From Azolla caroliniana (lineage: Eukaryota; Plantae; Polypodiophyta), in contig JBHGNT010000007.1 of NCBI GenBank assembly GCA_043228905.1, positions 7,626,001 to 7,690,000 of the forward strand: 64,000 nt of DNA. The letters are read 5' to 3'. The position numbers and the translations under genes are program-made. Below, piece after piece: positions 49,729-63,106 of the stretch (positions are counted from its first letter, which is position 1; each line of letters opens with the position of its first letter). The notes beneath the pieces were generated by a model, which had not been told where the DNA came from, did not search any database, and worked only from the letters and a program-made list of their open reading frames with translations.

Positions 49729-52700
49729 TAGATTTGCACTCAGCAATCCCGAACTTGTATAACAAGTTGAGGATTTTGGGTTTAGGGTTTAGGGTTTAGG
49801 GTTTAGGAGTCCGAATTACCTCGATGCCGAGGAAGTAGTGGAGCTCCTTCATGTCCGTCATCTCGAACTTGTCGGAAAGGAGGGATTTGACTTTATTGAT
49901 TTCGACGAGATGCTCACCTCCAATGACTAGGTCATCCACATATAAAATGATGACAATTGGACTTGCGGAATCGCTTCGTATATAGAGGGAGTTGTCCGAT
50001 TTTGACATACGGAAGCTGATTTGATGAAGATATTGTGTTATCTTCGAATGCCAAGCACGCGGTGCTTGCTTGAGGCCGTAGAGTGGCTTCTTGAGTCGGC
50101 AAATCGCTTTCGGATGGGTGCTCGAGTTGAAGCCGGGTGGTTGGATCATGTACACCTCTTCTAATTCGCCTTGTAGAAAGGCGTTCTTGACGTCCATTTG
50201 ATGGAGGTGCCACCCTTTCACCACGGAATCGGAATTACGGTCTGCACCATCGTCATCTTTGCCACCGGGGCAAAGGTCTCTTCGTAGTCGACGCCATGCG
50301 TCTGAGCGTATCCTTTCGCTACAAGTCGAGCTTTGTAGCGGTTTACGGAGCCATCGGCGTTATACTTCACCTTGTAGATCCATCTGCATCCGATCGCCTT
50401 TTAGTGTGGTGAGGTGGGAACGAGATCCCATGTCTCGTTCTTCCGTAGTGCCTGCATCTCCTCGTTCATTGCTTCCATCCATCACGGGTCCTTCACGGCT
50501 TCCGAAAAGGTTTCCGGCTCCCGTACTGTCGCTACCTTCATCATAAAGGCGTAATGGTATGCCATATAATCGTTATAGCCAAATCGGCTTACGGGGTTCT
50601 TTTCATGAGTGGATCGGCGGAGCTTTTCATTTGCAGAGATGAGGGCTTTTTTAGCTCCAATTGGTACATCGAAGCCGCTGAACTCACTATCGAGTGAGTG
50701 AGTCTATTCATCGTCATCAAAGCGATCGTCTTCATATTCCGCCATTTTCGCCTTGCCTTTGTCCATCTTCGGGCTAGGCCGTGATGTGCTTTGATCGCTC
50801 AAAGGCTCTTGTGGTCTGCTCAGTCGGGTCGTGATCGGACTTTCTTCGATCATGCGCGTAGGGCGATCTTCATCCTCGATCTCTTGTTCGGCAAATTCCA
50901 GGTTGAGCGGAGGAAAAGTTGTCTCTCGTGCGTACCAGGATGCGGACTCGTCAAAAATGACATCTCGACTTACTCGAGATTTTCGAGTTGAGGGTTGTAG
51001 CACTTGTACCCCTTTTGCTCCAATGAGTATCCTACGAGGATACATTTCTCCAACTTCGGGTCAAGCTTCTCTTCAGGGATGTGCATGTACGCTATCGCGC
51101 CGAATATCCGGATGTGCAATAAGTCCGGCTTCTTTCCGAAGTATTTTTCATGTGGAGTGACCTCGTGCACGCCAGATGTTGTACACCGGTTCATTAGGTA
51201 GATGACCGTATTTGCAACTTCGGCCCAATATGACTTGGGCATATGCTTCTCATTCATCACGGCCAGCGCTACTTCGAGGATGTGCCGATTTTTGCACTCG
51301 GCTACTCTGTTTTGTTGCGGAGTGTGTCGGCAAGTGAATTCTCGCCGAATTCTTGCCTTTCGGAGATACGCTGTGAAATCGTCCGAGAAGTACTCCTTGC
51401 CGCCATCCGATCGAAGGCATCGTACATGTCGGCCCGTGGCTTTCTTGACTTCATTCTTGAAATTTTGGAAGTGTCCGAACACTTCGCTCTTTTGCCACAT
51501 CAGGTAGATCCAAGTGTGCCTAGAGAAGTCGTCAATGAAGAGCACGTAATATCGGCATCCGCCGAATGTAGCCGTCTGCGCCGGTCCCCATACGTCGGAA
51601 TGGACTACGTCGAGTAGACCTTTGCTCACATTCCGCTCTTTCGGGAATGGGTGTCGGTGTTGCTTGCCGAATTGGCATGCTTCGCATACACCTTCAATCT
51701 CCTTCTCTTTGAATGTCGGGAGTCCGATGACGACTTCTTTCTATTTCATTGCTTTGAGTTTGTTAAGATTGATGTGGCCCATTCGCTTGTGCCATAGCTC
51801 TATGTTGGAGTCGGCTTTCGTGTTTTTCACGAACATGGCGGATTTCATCTCGCGTGAATCGAGAATGAACATCCGGCCCTCTCTTCGTCCGCGTACGATG
51901 AGTCGGCCCTCTTTTTCGATGAAGCAACCGCCTTGATTAAATCGAACTTGCATCCCTTGCTCTACAATTTGGCCACCGGAGACCAAATTCTTCGTAATGG
52001 TCGGTACATGCAAGACATTTTTAATTTAATTTTTCTTACCTTCTTTTCCGAACGGAACATTGCCAATGTGCCGAATCGGGTGCGTAGTGTCATCTCCGGT
52101 TTCGACATAGCCGGGTCGGTCCGGCTCTCGAAGTTCTCAGAACCATTCTTGATGCAATGTCATATGGTTCGAGGCACCGGAATCGACGAACCATACGTCT
52201 TCCGGACCGGAGGCACTAGTTGAGGTAGCGGCCAACATAGAGTTTGCTCTATGTTTCATCATGAACATTCCGCCACGATCTTCGTAGTCGGAGTTGTGCC
52301 CGTACATTTCGCCACGGTCGGAGTTGTGCGCGTACATTCCGCCACGATCTTCGTAGTCGGAGTTGTGTGCGTAATTCGTGAGTTGTCGGCTTGTGGAAGC
52401 CGATTCACGCATCTTCTTTCGGCACTCTTCTTCGTGGTGGCCGAGCTTTCCGCAATATCCGCATTCGGTTGCGTTTTGACGGCTCGGGCCGGAGTGGAAG
52501 CTCCCCCTTCTTGCGAAGGTTCCTCGTTGGCCTCCGTTTTGCGGCCGAAATTGGGAGTTGTTGTCGTAGGTCGGACCTCGTCCGCCTTGTCCTTGGCCGA
52601 ATCGGCCTCTCGTTCGTCCGCGTCCTCTTCTTCCGTTAGAGTGCGTGTAGAGCATGTGGCCTTCCGACTCATTGCTCCTTGTACGCACGTGGTTTTCTTC

Positions 52701-54375
52701 GACCAATAGCATTGATTGGAGCTCGAAGGAGGGAGATTTCTCCTGTGCTAGAACGGCGGTTCGCATCGCGCCGAACCGTGGTGCGAGGCCGTCGAGGCAT
52801 ATTTGCACCATCTCATCATCATCTATACTTACGCTTATTGAGCCGAGCGAGTCGCAAAGCTGCTTGATCTTCAAGGTATATGTCGTGATGGACATGTCCC
52901 TTTATTGAATGTTGTTCAACTCTTGGCGGAGTTGAAGCTTCCTCGCGGTCGTGTTGGCGGCGAAAATCTTTCGTAGATTTTCCCACGCTTCCTTCGGTGT
53001 CTTGGCTTCTCGAATGTAACCGAGCATGTGGTCGTGAACACATGTCGCCAAACAATACATCACGCGGCTTGTGGCTTGCTCCCATGTTGCATATCCGGGA
53101 GCTGCTTCAGCGGGTCAGTCTTCATGCGCTCCTTTGATACTCACTTGGATTGCGCTAAGCGAGTTCTACGCTACGTGAGAGGCACAATGGATTGCGGCAT
53201 CCTCTACAAGACCGCGATGCCAATACGACTTGAGGGGTACATAGACACCGATTGGGCTGGCTACAAAGTTGATAGAAGATCAACCTCCGGATTTGTTTTC
53301 TCCCTCAATAGCAGAGCAATATCCTGGAGTAGCAAGAAGTAGCCTATCGTCGCTCTTTCGAGTACAGAGGCGGAATATAGGGCTGCAGCCGTAGCTACGT
53401 GTGAAGCCGTATGGCTCAAGAGGATTTTGAAGGATCTAGGCATACCCATCAAGGATCCGACTCCCCTTTACCGCGACAACATGAGCACTATCTATCTGGC
53501 TCGGAACCCAGTGTTCCACGCGCGGACAAAGCACATCGAAGTGCACTATCACTTCATCCGAGAGCACGTTCTAGCTGGCGATGTCGACCTACAACACATT
53601 AGCACAAATCTTCAAACGGCCGACATCTTCACTAAAGCCTTAGGAGCCGACAAGCTATGGCAATTCATGACCGATCTCAGATTAACAATCCCTGACCTGC
53701 CAACCTTGAGGGGGAGTACTGAAGACATTACGCAATAAAGCGTGGATTCTACAAACCGCGCACATTACGCAATCACGCGTGGATTCCGCAAGAACACGTG
53801 GATTACGCAACCACGCAACGAAGCCGGGAAGAAAGACACAAGCCGAAGCACAGACTTCGCAACTACGCACAACGCAAACTGGAGCATGGATTCCGCAACT
53901 CCGCATAAAGTTAGTCGACACAGACTCTAGAACGCGAGTCGAAGCGGATTTCGGATACCGTTTGAAACCGACCTGACTTGAGCTTGAGGGGGCGTGTTGA
54001 GTATCAAGCTCAACTTGGTCTAGTGTGTGAACTCACCTTGAGAGTGAAGAGACACTCCAACGGTCAAGAGTCACCATTATGTCACCACTTTGTATTCTAG
54101 CATTTAGTATGAGTCATAGAATCATATTCTATGACACATAACTTATGAGCTTTCACATTCCCCATGCTCCATGAGTCTTGTAGTTAATGAAGAGATAGGG
54201 TGTCTACATAAAGCACCCTCCTCCCACCTTGTATAATGTTGAGTCTTTCTCCTTTGTCAATATACTTTTACCTTGCGTATTCCTTGTCTCTCTCACTCTC
54301 TCTCTCTCTCTCTCATACACACACATAACTCATATCTCTTCCGCTTCACAAGAATCCATCTCTTGATTCTTTACA
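49729..54375. mobile_element. Rearranged Copia inside the hAT: inverted gag-PR-INT-RT (minus, 49730-53138) plus RT end-RH-PPT-3' LTR (plus, 53136-54375)
   Basis: Minus-strand motifs WFVDSGASNHM, VHSDVWGP and YVDDL. Plus-strand motifs LDCAKRVLRY and HIEVHYHFIRE, PPT GAGGGGG and LTR 53995-54375. Flanked by CAATC (49724-49728 and 54376-54380). Confidence 0.9.
49775..49807 (+). repeat. Interstitial telomeric repeat (TTTAGGG)n within Copia RT
   Basis: TTTGGG TTTAGGG TTTAGGG TTTAGGG TTTAGG between two collinear RT segments. Confidence 0.93.
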
Positions 54376-54719
54376 CAATCCATATAATAGAGTTTATACT
54401 TCAAATGAAGCATTTTCCAAATCCATATATGTAAATGAGTGTTCATCTTCTCATTTCCAATCTTTTCTTTAAGTTTGAATTAGGGATTCCTAAAAGTATA
54501 AAATATATAAAAGAATTAAGTAATTAATAATAATAAATTTATAAAAAATCAAATGAAAAACAAAATAGTAAAAAGTATGTAGTAAAAATTACATTGACTT
54601 TGAGGATCTCCAATTGCAACCACCATAGTCATTAACTTGTGAAGAATCAACATGATTCCTGTATATATAAAATACATAAAACACATAAGTAATTAGTAAT
54701 CAAAATAACAAGTAATGTC

Positions 54720-56865
54720 TCAAATAAAAAACAACCAAGTAAAAAGTATGCACACCTTAATTTTCCTTTGACTATCATGTAAGATGTAATCTATTACCTC
54801 ATCTTCACTAACAAGATCATCCAAATTCATTATTAGTTCTTCATAAATAGTGTGAAAATTATCGGGAAATTGAACATTAGATTCTTTTAAAACATCCATC
54901 CATGATCGAATACACATTTTAGCTTTGAATGTGCATGAATTAAGTTTGATCTTGTTATCAAAGGTCATTTTTGCTACTGAATTAGCCTCTTCAGCAGGTA
55001 CTGTTGATGCCAGTACAGCGAGGTAATCACATGCCATCCTATATAGTTGTGGCATTGCAGATTTATTATCATTCCACCATTGTAATGGATCATTGTCTGT
55101 GCCAGCTGAAGGAAGTCTTATAAAGTGCTCAATTTCTGATTGTGAATCAGAAACAAGACTTTTATTATTTACACCCATTAATCTCCAAATTTTAGAGTTA
55201 TTATCATTTGGAGGAATTATGGTTGAAGCCAACGATGGTTCAACATCACTCAAGAACGAGTGGTAATGGGATGTAATCATGCTTTCAACCAACTTAATAT
55301 CTAACTCTCTTTCTATATGATCATTTGGAAGAGGCAATCTATGTAACGAATAAAAAGAATTAAAACCCAAATAAAAAATCAGCAAGCATGATGACAATTG
55401 TAAGACATAAAGGTAAGCATTACCTGGGATCAAGAAACATTGTTATGCGAGATGAAATAGACTTCAACGATTCTTGATACTTAATTAAATATTGTAAGCA
55501 ATTCTCAGACGCACTTTGAAGTACCTCTTGTGTGAATCTAGATGATGTTGGAAGTGAAGAATCCAATAATTGATTATAATGATTTAGTAAACAATTATAC
55601 GCTAGAGATGCTAGCGATAATGTGGGATATCTTGACCCTCCTAGAAAAGTAGAAACCTCTGCAGGTGTATCTAGCCATTCCTCCATGGCATGTATGTGGC
55701 TCCAATCTTCTCAAGTCAAGACATAACCATTGAAATCACTTGATATTGTTAAATCTGAAACTGTTAAAGTCAATACATCTCTATTCTTGATAGCTTGCCT
55801 AAACATTTCCAAGGTAGAATTCCATCTTGTAACAACATCAAGCCTTGGGGGTTCTCTTTCACGATGTTCAACTAGCCTAGCATACTTCCTAAATACTTCC
55901 CTTCGAACCTTACTAGATCTTATAGTCGAGAGAACTGTTCTCAACTTTTCTGTTGAGGGTGAGATAACCTCTAAAGCTGACTTGATGCCCAACTGAAAAG
56001 TATGTACCATACACTGTAACATATGTGACGGAGCCAAAATTTCCTTACCATGCTCATTTTGTAACAACATGCTCAACTCCTTTGCAACCGCTTGTGCATC
56101 ACTAACTCCATCAAAAATTGTAGCTAATAATCAACTAGAAATATTAAAGGATCGAAGTCGACGAAAGAGGGCATGTGCACAACGTTTCCCTGATCCTACA
56201 CTTGGAAATACATGCACAAAATCCAATAACATTGACCTCGACCTTGCTGTCTCAGGACATGCCCAATGAAGTGTCACCGAGCAGAAGCCCTTTAGACTTC
56301 TATTTGACCAGCCATCAAAAGTTATGGAAAATCTTGATTCGCATTTAGATAGCAAATCTATCACCTGATGGCGCAACACCACATACATTTCTAAGATAGA
56401 ACGTTTAATCGTGCGCCTTGTCTTCACTTGATATCCAGGCACAATTTGATGTATGAACTCCTTAAATTCAAGTGACTCCACATGTGCATGGGGCAATATT
56501 CCCATCACAATATACTTTGTGATGGCAGCATCAATTTTATTCTCTAAAACACGAGATACTTTAGCAGACTCAATAGAAGATTGAATTTGTTGTGATATAC
56601 CTGAATTTTGGTTTGAATCGCCGGATAGACGATGCTTTTCTGCCAAATTCTTTGCTATAGTACCTGTGGATGTTGTAGAAGACCAACAAACAGCACAATG
56701 ATGGCATCGTTGTCGAGGTGTGCCATTATCCATATATGATATGATGTGAGCATTTGTCCATGATGTTCGTTGCCTTTTTCTTGAGTTGCTTGTAGTTGTT
56801 GGCCCATGGCTAACATTAACTGAAGATGACTCTATTGTTGCATTAGTTTGAGATGATGATTCCAT
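54720..56865 (-). pseudogene. hAT transposase (BED finger, DDE core, C-terminal dimerisation domain) with two in-frame stops
   Basis: BED finger W...CHHC...KH, TFDGWSN, CMVHTFQL, DVVTRWNST, FLDPR (intron follows) and DPLQWW...LYRMACDYLAVLASTVPAE. TGA stops at 56131 and 55711. The true 3' end is uncertain because of a possible further intron. Confidence 0.9.
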
Positions 56866-59800
56866 TCAATGTTATTCCTATAAAACTCAATCAGCACATA
56901 TCAATCACTCAAATAACACATATAGTTCCTTCTTTGCTATAAAATGTTATATAGAATTGAATCAGATTACTAAAAACTCACCCACAAAATTTTTTGGTTT
57001 AAACACATGAAGGTCATCAAGCATCAAAAGATTGAGCCTACTTACCAAGCATGTGGTAAAATGTTCCTAAATATTGTTTGTTGGAAGCAATGGCCCAGCT
57101 AATTCCAAAATTGATAAGGCCTAATTTTTATGTTCATAATAAGCAATGAGAGATATGTAGTCCTTTTATATGATGTATGGAAGACAAAATCTTCAAATTG
57201 TAGTTTAACATATTAAGTCTTCTTAGTATTGATTCACTCAATATCAATGTCGTGATACTTTCCGAGGATAATGATTATTTTACATGACCTCAAGCTAAAT
57301 GACGTTAGATTCAAACCAACCACTTGTAACGAAAAATCACATTCTCATTTATAAAACATATAGCATCTTACAAATAGATAATGTGTAGGACATGGTAATC
57401 CATTGAAGATGATAGGTTACTTTTACATGCATGGGACATACACAAACGTTGGTGGTGATGAGGTGCAAAATATTTCTCCACTAAGTAAAGGAGAATTTTT
57501 TGTCAACAGTGAAGAACATGAGTTTTGAGGATTGAACAAACCTAAAGTTAATCGAAGCAAATTAAATTATCAAATGTGAACCACTGACATAATCCTTAAT
57601 TTATTCATTATTTTGAATAGGTTAAAACTTGCAAATGCCCCTACTTTTTCAAAACTGCTTTACTTGACATTGGTTGACCCCAATTTCAAACAATTACGCA
57701 CTTCAACAATTAGGTGCTTAATCCATAGATTTGGATATTTGGAGAAATAACAAAAATTAAAGGCTATTTAAGAAAGTAAAGAGAAACATGGATGCACTTC
57801 AAAGATTCCTTCCCACATGTTTTATAAGCTGATTTACCAATATTTAGTGAGCTTCACCCGTGAAAATTTCTTATCCAATTTCTGGCTAAATTTGTTATCA
57901 AATTCTCACAAAATGCATTCGTAGAGCTCATTATTATCATCTTTATCATTATTATATATCTCAAGAATCATTACCCCACTGAAATGGAGCTCCTATTAGG
58001 ACAAATTAAAAAACACAAAAAGACAAAAATGAAATAACCTCTACCACATTAAAATCCGCAACAAATGAAATAACAATAACGATTAAAATATCAATATTCA
58101 TGTTACAATAAGACCAGAATATTTTACACAAATGTTTTCCAAGTTCAGTCTTCTTGGGTGTGAACTTTACAACCCAAGGGAAGACTCTGTACAGACCCAA
58201 GAAAAACGCCATAGCATCAATCAGTTTGGTATTTCAATGGTAATTAAATTTTTTGTGTTCTATATATATATAGCATATTATCATGAGACTATGTATCAAT
58301 GGTGAGAAAATGCACTCCCTTACTATCACCCTGCTGTATTTTCAATTATAACTAATTATCATTCAACTTTTCTTTCTAGGAATCTGGCTAACTTAAGGGA
58401 GTAAAGAGAACATCCTATTGTGTAAAGAATTTTGGAACACGAGAAATAATGTATCCTACTACCCTCTTCTTGATGCCCTCATCATCATTACACACATCAA
58501 AATTGAGATGAACGCTTATACAATCCGAATCCAAGATCCTCCATAGATTGGACATCCGTAACCAACTACGAATTTTCCTGTCTTGGACCTACTTTCACAA
58601 TGGAACTTCTTCATGAAGCTTCAAGTGCTTAGAAAACTGAATGAGCATTGATACTCTTTTGTTTGGAATGCTTTTTTCACTAGAAATATGTCCTGGCTCT
58701 GGGATGCCAAGATGTTTGTTTGACACCATTTGACCTATTTGTTATTGGAGGAATGTCTAATGTTGATTTCTGATATAGCTTATATACGTTTTATTTGATT
58801 AATATCTAAAGCCTACAATAGAAGTGGTTGAGGTAGAAGAGTGGAGTAGAGTATGGAGGTATGATACCTGAGGAAGATAAAATAATAGGAAGAGGGATGA
58901 AGTGGTTGTAGCCTGTTAGCCTATTGCCGCCTGCACTTCCTTTTCGAACTTCTTGTACAGAGGAGTCAGTGAGTCGTGACAGAGGCCCGAGGGATGAGGT
59001 TTAATTTTTTAAATGAAAAGTTGAAAATGAGCACTAAAAAGTGGGAACTTAGAAACTGGTGTGAAAAATTAGGGCCCAAGGGCTAGGGGTATGTATGAAC
59101 CTATAAACCGATAAACCGAACCACATATATAAGAAACCGATAAACCGTCAAGTTTAAAACCAAAGCGACCTAACACTTTATAAACCAAACCAAACTGTCT
59201 ATTTATATTTGAACCGATAAACCATTAAGCCACGGTTTAATGGTTCGGTTCAGTTTGAGCCGAAACCGTGCCCATTGCTACTCACCCACTCATGATAGTC
59301 GGCTTCGACCCCCCCCCCCCACCATCTTCACTCATCCTTATCACAGAAAAATTTCTTCATTCAATTCACATCAGTCATCTCGCCGATTAGCATCTTGCCA
59401 ATGTCCACGAAAATCCTGTATTAACAACATAAAACTTCCATTCCCACACCATAAACACTCAGCATAATAAAAAACAAAAAAAACAACTTCCTCAATACCC
59501 CATCAATCGGCTCACTATCATCGAGTATCCCCAATAGTTTAAACCTACAGAAACAAACATGAATACACACTCTCCTCTCTTTATGAAAATCATTATTAGT
59601 CATCCCTATCTAAGGTAAAGCATCTGTTTTACTATCCGCACCAAGCATATCGGAGATTGCCGCCAAAAGCTTCTTTTATGAAAAGACTATTGTTATGTGT
59701 CACAATCACCTCTTCCATGTTGATTCATGGTGTGTGCTCTAAGGACGGTGCTGGTGGCGGGAACAACCAACGAGGTGGTATGTAATTCCACTTGACATTA

Positions 59801-62800
59801 GCCTCTGCATCCAACATGATAGGAATAGATGACCAAACTCTTCTAATTCTCCTTCTTTTTCGACTAGTTGTGTTTCATGATCCCTTACAATTGTCATAAT
59901 CACCTTTAACCGTATGTACCAATAAGTCCCAAAAAGACTTAACTTGTTCTACAACATGAGTATTTTCATCCTTGTATAGCTTGGAACACCTAGCTTTCCA
60001 AAGAACCCATAAACCCAAAGAGGAAACAATTTGCCAAACATAACTCCGCGAGAAGAACTTGATTCCCTGCAAGGAACTTGAACTAGCATATACTTGAAAA
60101 CTTCTCACATGTAAGGACAAGGAAGAATGCTGATAATGATAAAAGGCCGTTTGTTGATCCAACATTCTAAAAGACTGCACCCCACGTGAAGAGACCCGAG
60201 GTATACTTACGACCTAAAAGCCTAAGAAATTGAAACCAAAACCTTTTAGCGAACATGCATTCCCAAAATACATGATGCAATGACTTAGATGCAAACCCAC
60301 ACATAACACATGACCGATCACGCACTGAACCCCTCAATAGTTCACCTACTGGCAATGCATAATGAATCATCAACCAACGAAAATGCAATATCTTATTCAT
60401 ACATTTAGTTACCCAAAACCGTTTCCAAAACATCCGCATATGAGACGACGAGACATTACTTTCCTCCCAATACTTTTTTCCCACTGGGACCAACTCGGTC
60501 TAATTCAACATAAAGTTTCTACCCAACGCCACCGAATATGAGAAGAATGGAAGGATCTTATTTGCTGTGTCAGACATGGACAATTTCCAACCATAATCTG
60601 ATGGATCCCACTGCATATCGACAAGTGGCGTAGAGTGTAAAACCCAAATATGAGATGCATAGTTAGCAATTAACGGACTAGGATCGATCAAATTTTTTTT
60701 ATCTAATCTAGCAATTACTCTCACTAGCAACTGCTTTGCATCGGACATAATTGGAGACTCCTCCGCCACTAATATCAATCTACTATTGTCCAAAACTTCA
60801 TAACAATAAAAATTGCCATTATGATTATATAAACGAGCTCCTATAAGTATATTAAATGTCGAAAACATACCGTACCAACTTTGAAAATGATCAAACTAAT
60901 GTGTCTTAAGACTTGACTTCTATGACACATTAGTTATGATACAAAGGAGGTAGGATGTTCACACATTAGTTACTAAGATGTGTTCCCACACTAGGGATGT
61001 TGAGTTTGATTCTCAACACATTCAATCGTTACTTTGTTAAAAAAGTGTTGGTTTAAATACCGACTACCTTAGGGCAACTACCCTTTCTACTATTTACAAA
61101 ACTAGCTTGAACCTAGAGTGTCCATTGCTAGTGTGAAAGCCATTCCATTGGGGAGTTGGGTTTGACTCTCAACAAGTTATTTCAATACATGGTGAATCCA
61201 ATCAACTCTTTTAGACTAGAATTGTGTGGCATCATTACCAAGTGGTTAGCTACAATAGAGCACAATGGCTAGCACATCCTCCATTTCCGAATTCTAAGCT
61301 CTCTCACTCGCATTGCCAACATTAGGAAAGTATAAACTTGGTTGTCGAGGAGTAAGTGATTTATCCATAGGCACGCCCGCCACATACTAGAAAGTTCCAA
61401 CACAAGGCCTTCTAGCATGGGGAGATACACAATTTGGCCACTAGACCTAATAATAGGCTTGCTTGTTTCACATCAATCCTAACCTAGCATACATTGGTAT
61501 ATGGTATCAACAAGCATATGTAATCACATGCTAGTCACACGAGCATTGTGTTTCACACCACAAAAGAGTGATCTAACATGTCAAATGGTGATCGTTTCTA
61601 CATGGACATCATCAATGTCCTTGTTTCCATATTTACGGGCATGATAGTTTTAAGTGTGGCATTCTAACAACATGTAGCACTTGCGACATTTATGAGTCGA
61701 CTTGTAATCTAGTGGCTAGCCTTTTTGCTTTGCAACTCTAGTACATCATACACCCAAGTCTTTTGAATCAAGCATCATGGATTTGATTCTTCCATAAACA
61801 AAAGTTAAAATATATCCAACTTAATGTCATCTAGCCTTGTAGGTTTGCTTTGCAAATCCAAGTACTTCATAAACAAAAGCCTCGTAACTTTGCAGCTCGT
61901 AGTACTTCATCATATACCCAAGTCTCCTTTGAATCAAAACATCGTAGGTTTGATGCTTCCATTAACAACAGTTGAATCCATCAAAGTTAATGGATAGATA
62001 TGTTAAACTTGTAACTCTAGCTCCTCTACTTTGAATTTGATGATCACCCCCTTGGAGTAACTCAAATAGTGAAACTTTACTCAATGAGACATAGGCTGCC
62101 TCCTATGACATTGTGGTGATGGCTATAAGTGGTATGATCCCTCCATATCATACCGCCATCTCTTTTCTACATTAGAAATACAAACAACTAAAAAATTTTA
62201 ACAAAGCCTATTGGTAATAGTGCTGCTCAATAGAGATTCAGTACCAGCTAATGAGTCATGGTAGATCAGTGGAACCTAAAGGGTTGAAAGAGTAGCTTTT
62301 GAAAGACACAGCAAAAACCATACAACATAGATCCTGTCCTGCATATGTGAAAAAAAGCAACTATAACATGTAGAAAATATGTTAATTTAAGGCATACACA
62401 TTAAAGATCACTTAGTCCCATGCCTCTTGAGAGAGCATAGGTTCTTTCCTGTACTGAGTTCTATCTTCTTAACAAGATCAAGGGTGGCAGAAAATCATGT
62501 TCACCATAAGCTTATCATCTGTAAAAACATCATCTTAGGTGTTATATTTACATATCATTCTCCAATTTGTCAGTGACTACAAACATAAGGAATTATTTCT
62601 TCATTTCATCACCATGATGATGACCAAAACATTGCCAGCAAAATACATGGTAATTCAATAGATTCCCAAGCTCAATATCTTTCTCAAATGCTGTTAAACA
62701 GAAATTTTACTGACCTAGTAAACAGGGTAGTATAGAAGATTCTCCATGGTATAATTCTCATAAAATTATGGAACAAAAACCAAAGAGGGAACACCCAGAA

Positions 62801-63106
62801 ACAGAAAATTGTTCAGATACCAAGTAAATCGTTCAAAAGCCAGTACAAACTATATGATGCTCACCTATTGGTCTTGCCAGACCACAGGAAAAGAGCCTTA
62901 CATGTTTTTATGAACTACAAGAAGGAAACATTTATTTTATGGAAAGCAAAGCCAATTGCCATAAACCGTAGATGAAGCTAGGCCCTAGCCATACCTAGGG
63001 GCAAAGCTGCAAACCATGATTAATCATTCCTAAAAACCATGGTCAGAAGGAGTTCCACCGTTAGCCAATGGGCAAATAGCTGTTGCATCTCTCTTTTCTC
63101 TTTAGT

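Larger units (their letters stand above)
49267..59280 (-). mobile_element. hAT DNA transposon (10.0 kb including a nested Copia)
   Basis: TIRs TAGCAATGGGC(G/A)CGGTT, perfect 8-bp TSD CTCACCCA (49259-49266 and 59281-59288), and AAACC(A/G) subterminal repeats at both ends. Confidence 0.95.
48580..59430. repeat. ~166-bp tandem repeat array (5 copies: 48580-49266 and 59281-59430) split by the hAT
   Basis: The unit starting CTCACCCACTCATGATAGTCGGCTTCGACCCC recurs at ~48580, 48749, 48915, 49081 and 49259/59281. Confidence 0.9.
48047..60898 (-). mobile_element. 5'-truncated L1-like LINE insertion with a long 3' tail, interrupted by a hAT
   Basis: The ORF2 C-terminal zf-RVT region (FWKRFW..KILHFRWLMIHYALPV..CVMCG..SLHHVFWEC..WVLWKARC) lies at ~59720-60890. 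Flanking 16-bp near-TSD ATGTGTC(A/T)TAAGACTT at 48031-48046 and 60899-60914. Only a short T-run at the inferred poly(A) side. The LINE domain is well supported; the left boundary is inferred. Confidence 0.65.
47573..61018 (-). repeat. Copia 5' LTR split into two pieces (47573-48046 and 60899-61018) by a large insertion
   Basis: On the plus strand it begins TGTAAA next to the PBS and ends GAGTTTGATTCTCAACA at 61018, like the LTRs of the 28630-33897 element. Joining the pieces restores the ATGTGTC...TATGACACAT palindrome seen in that LTR family. Confidence 0.7.

Noticed and set aside
61650-62040. Degenerate local duplications downstream of the cyclophilin
   Set aside because: Short imperfect repeats with no termini, TSD or ORF that could be assigned.
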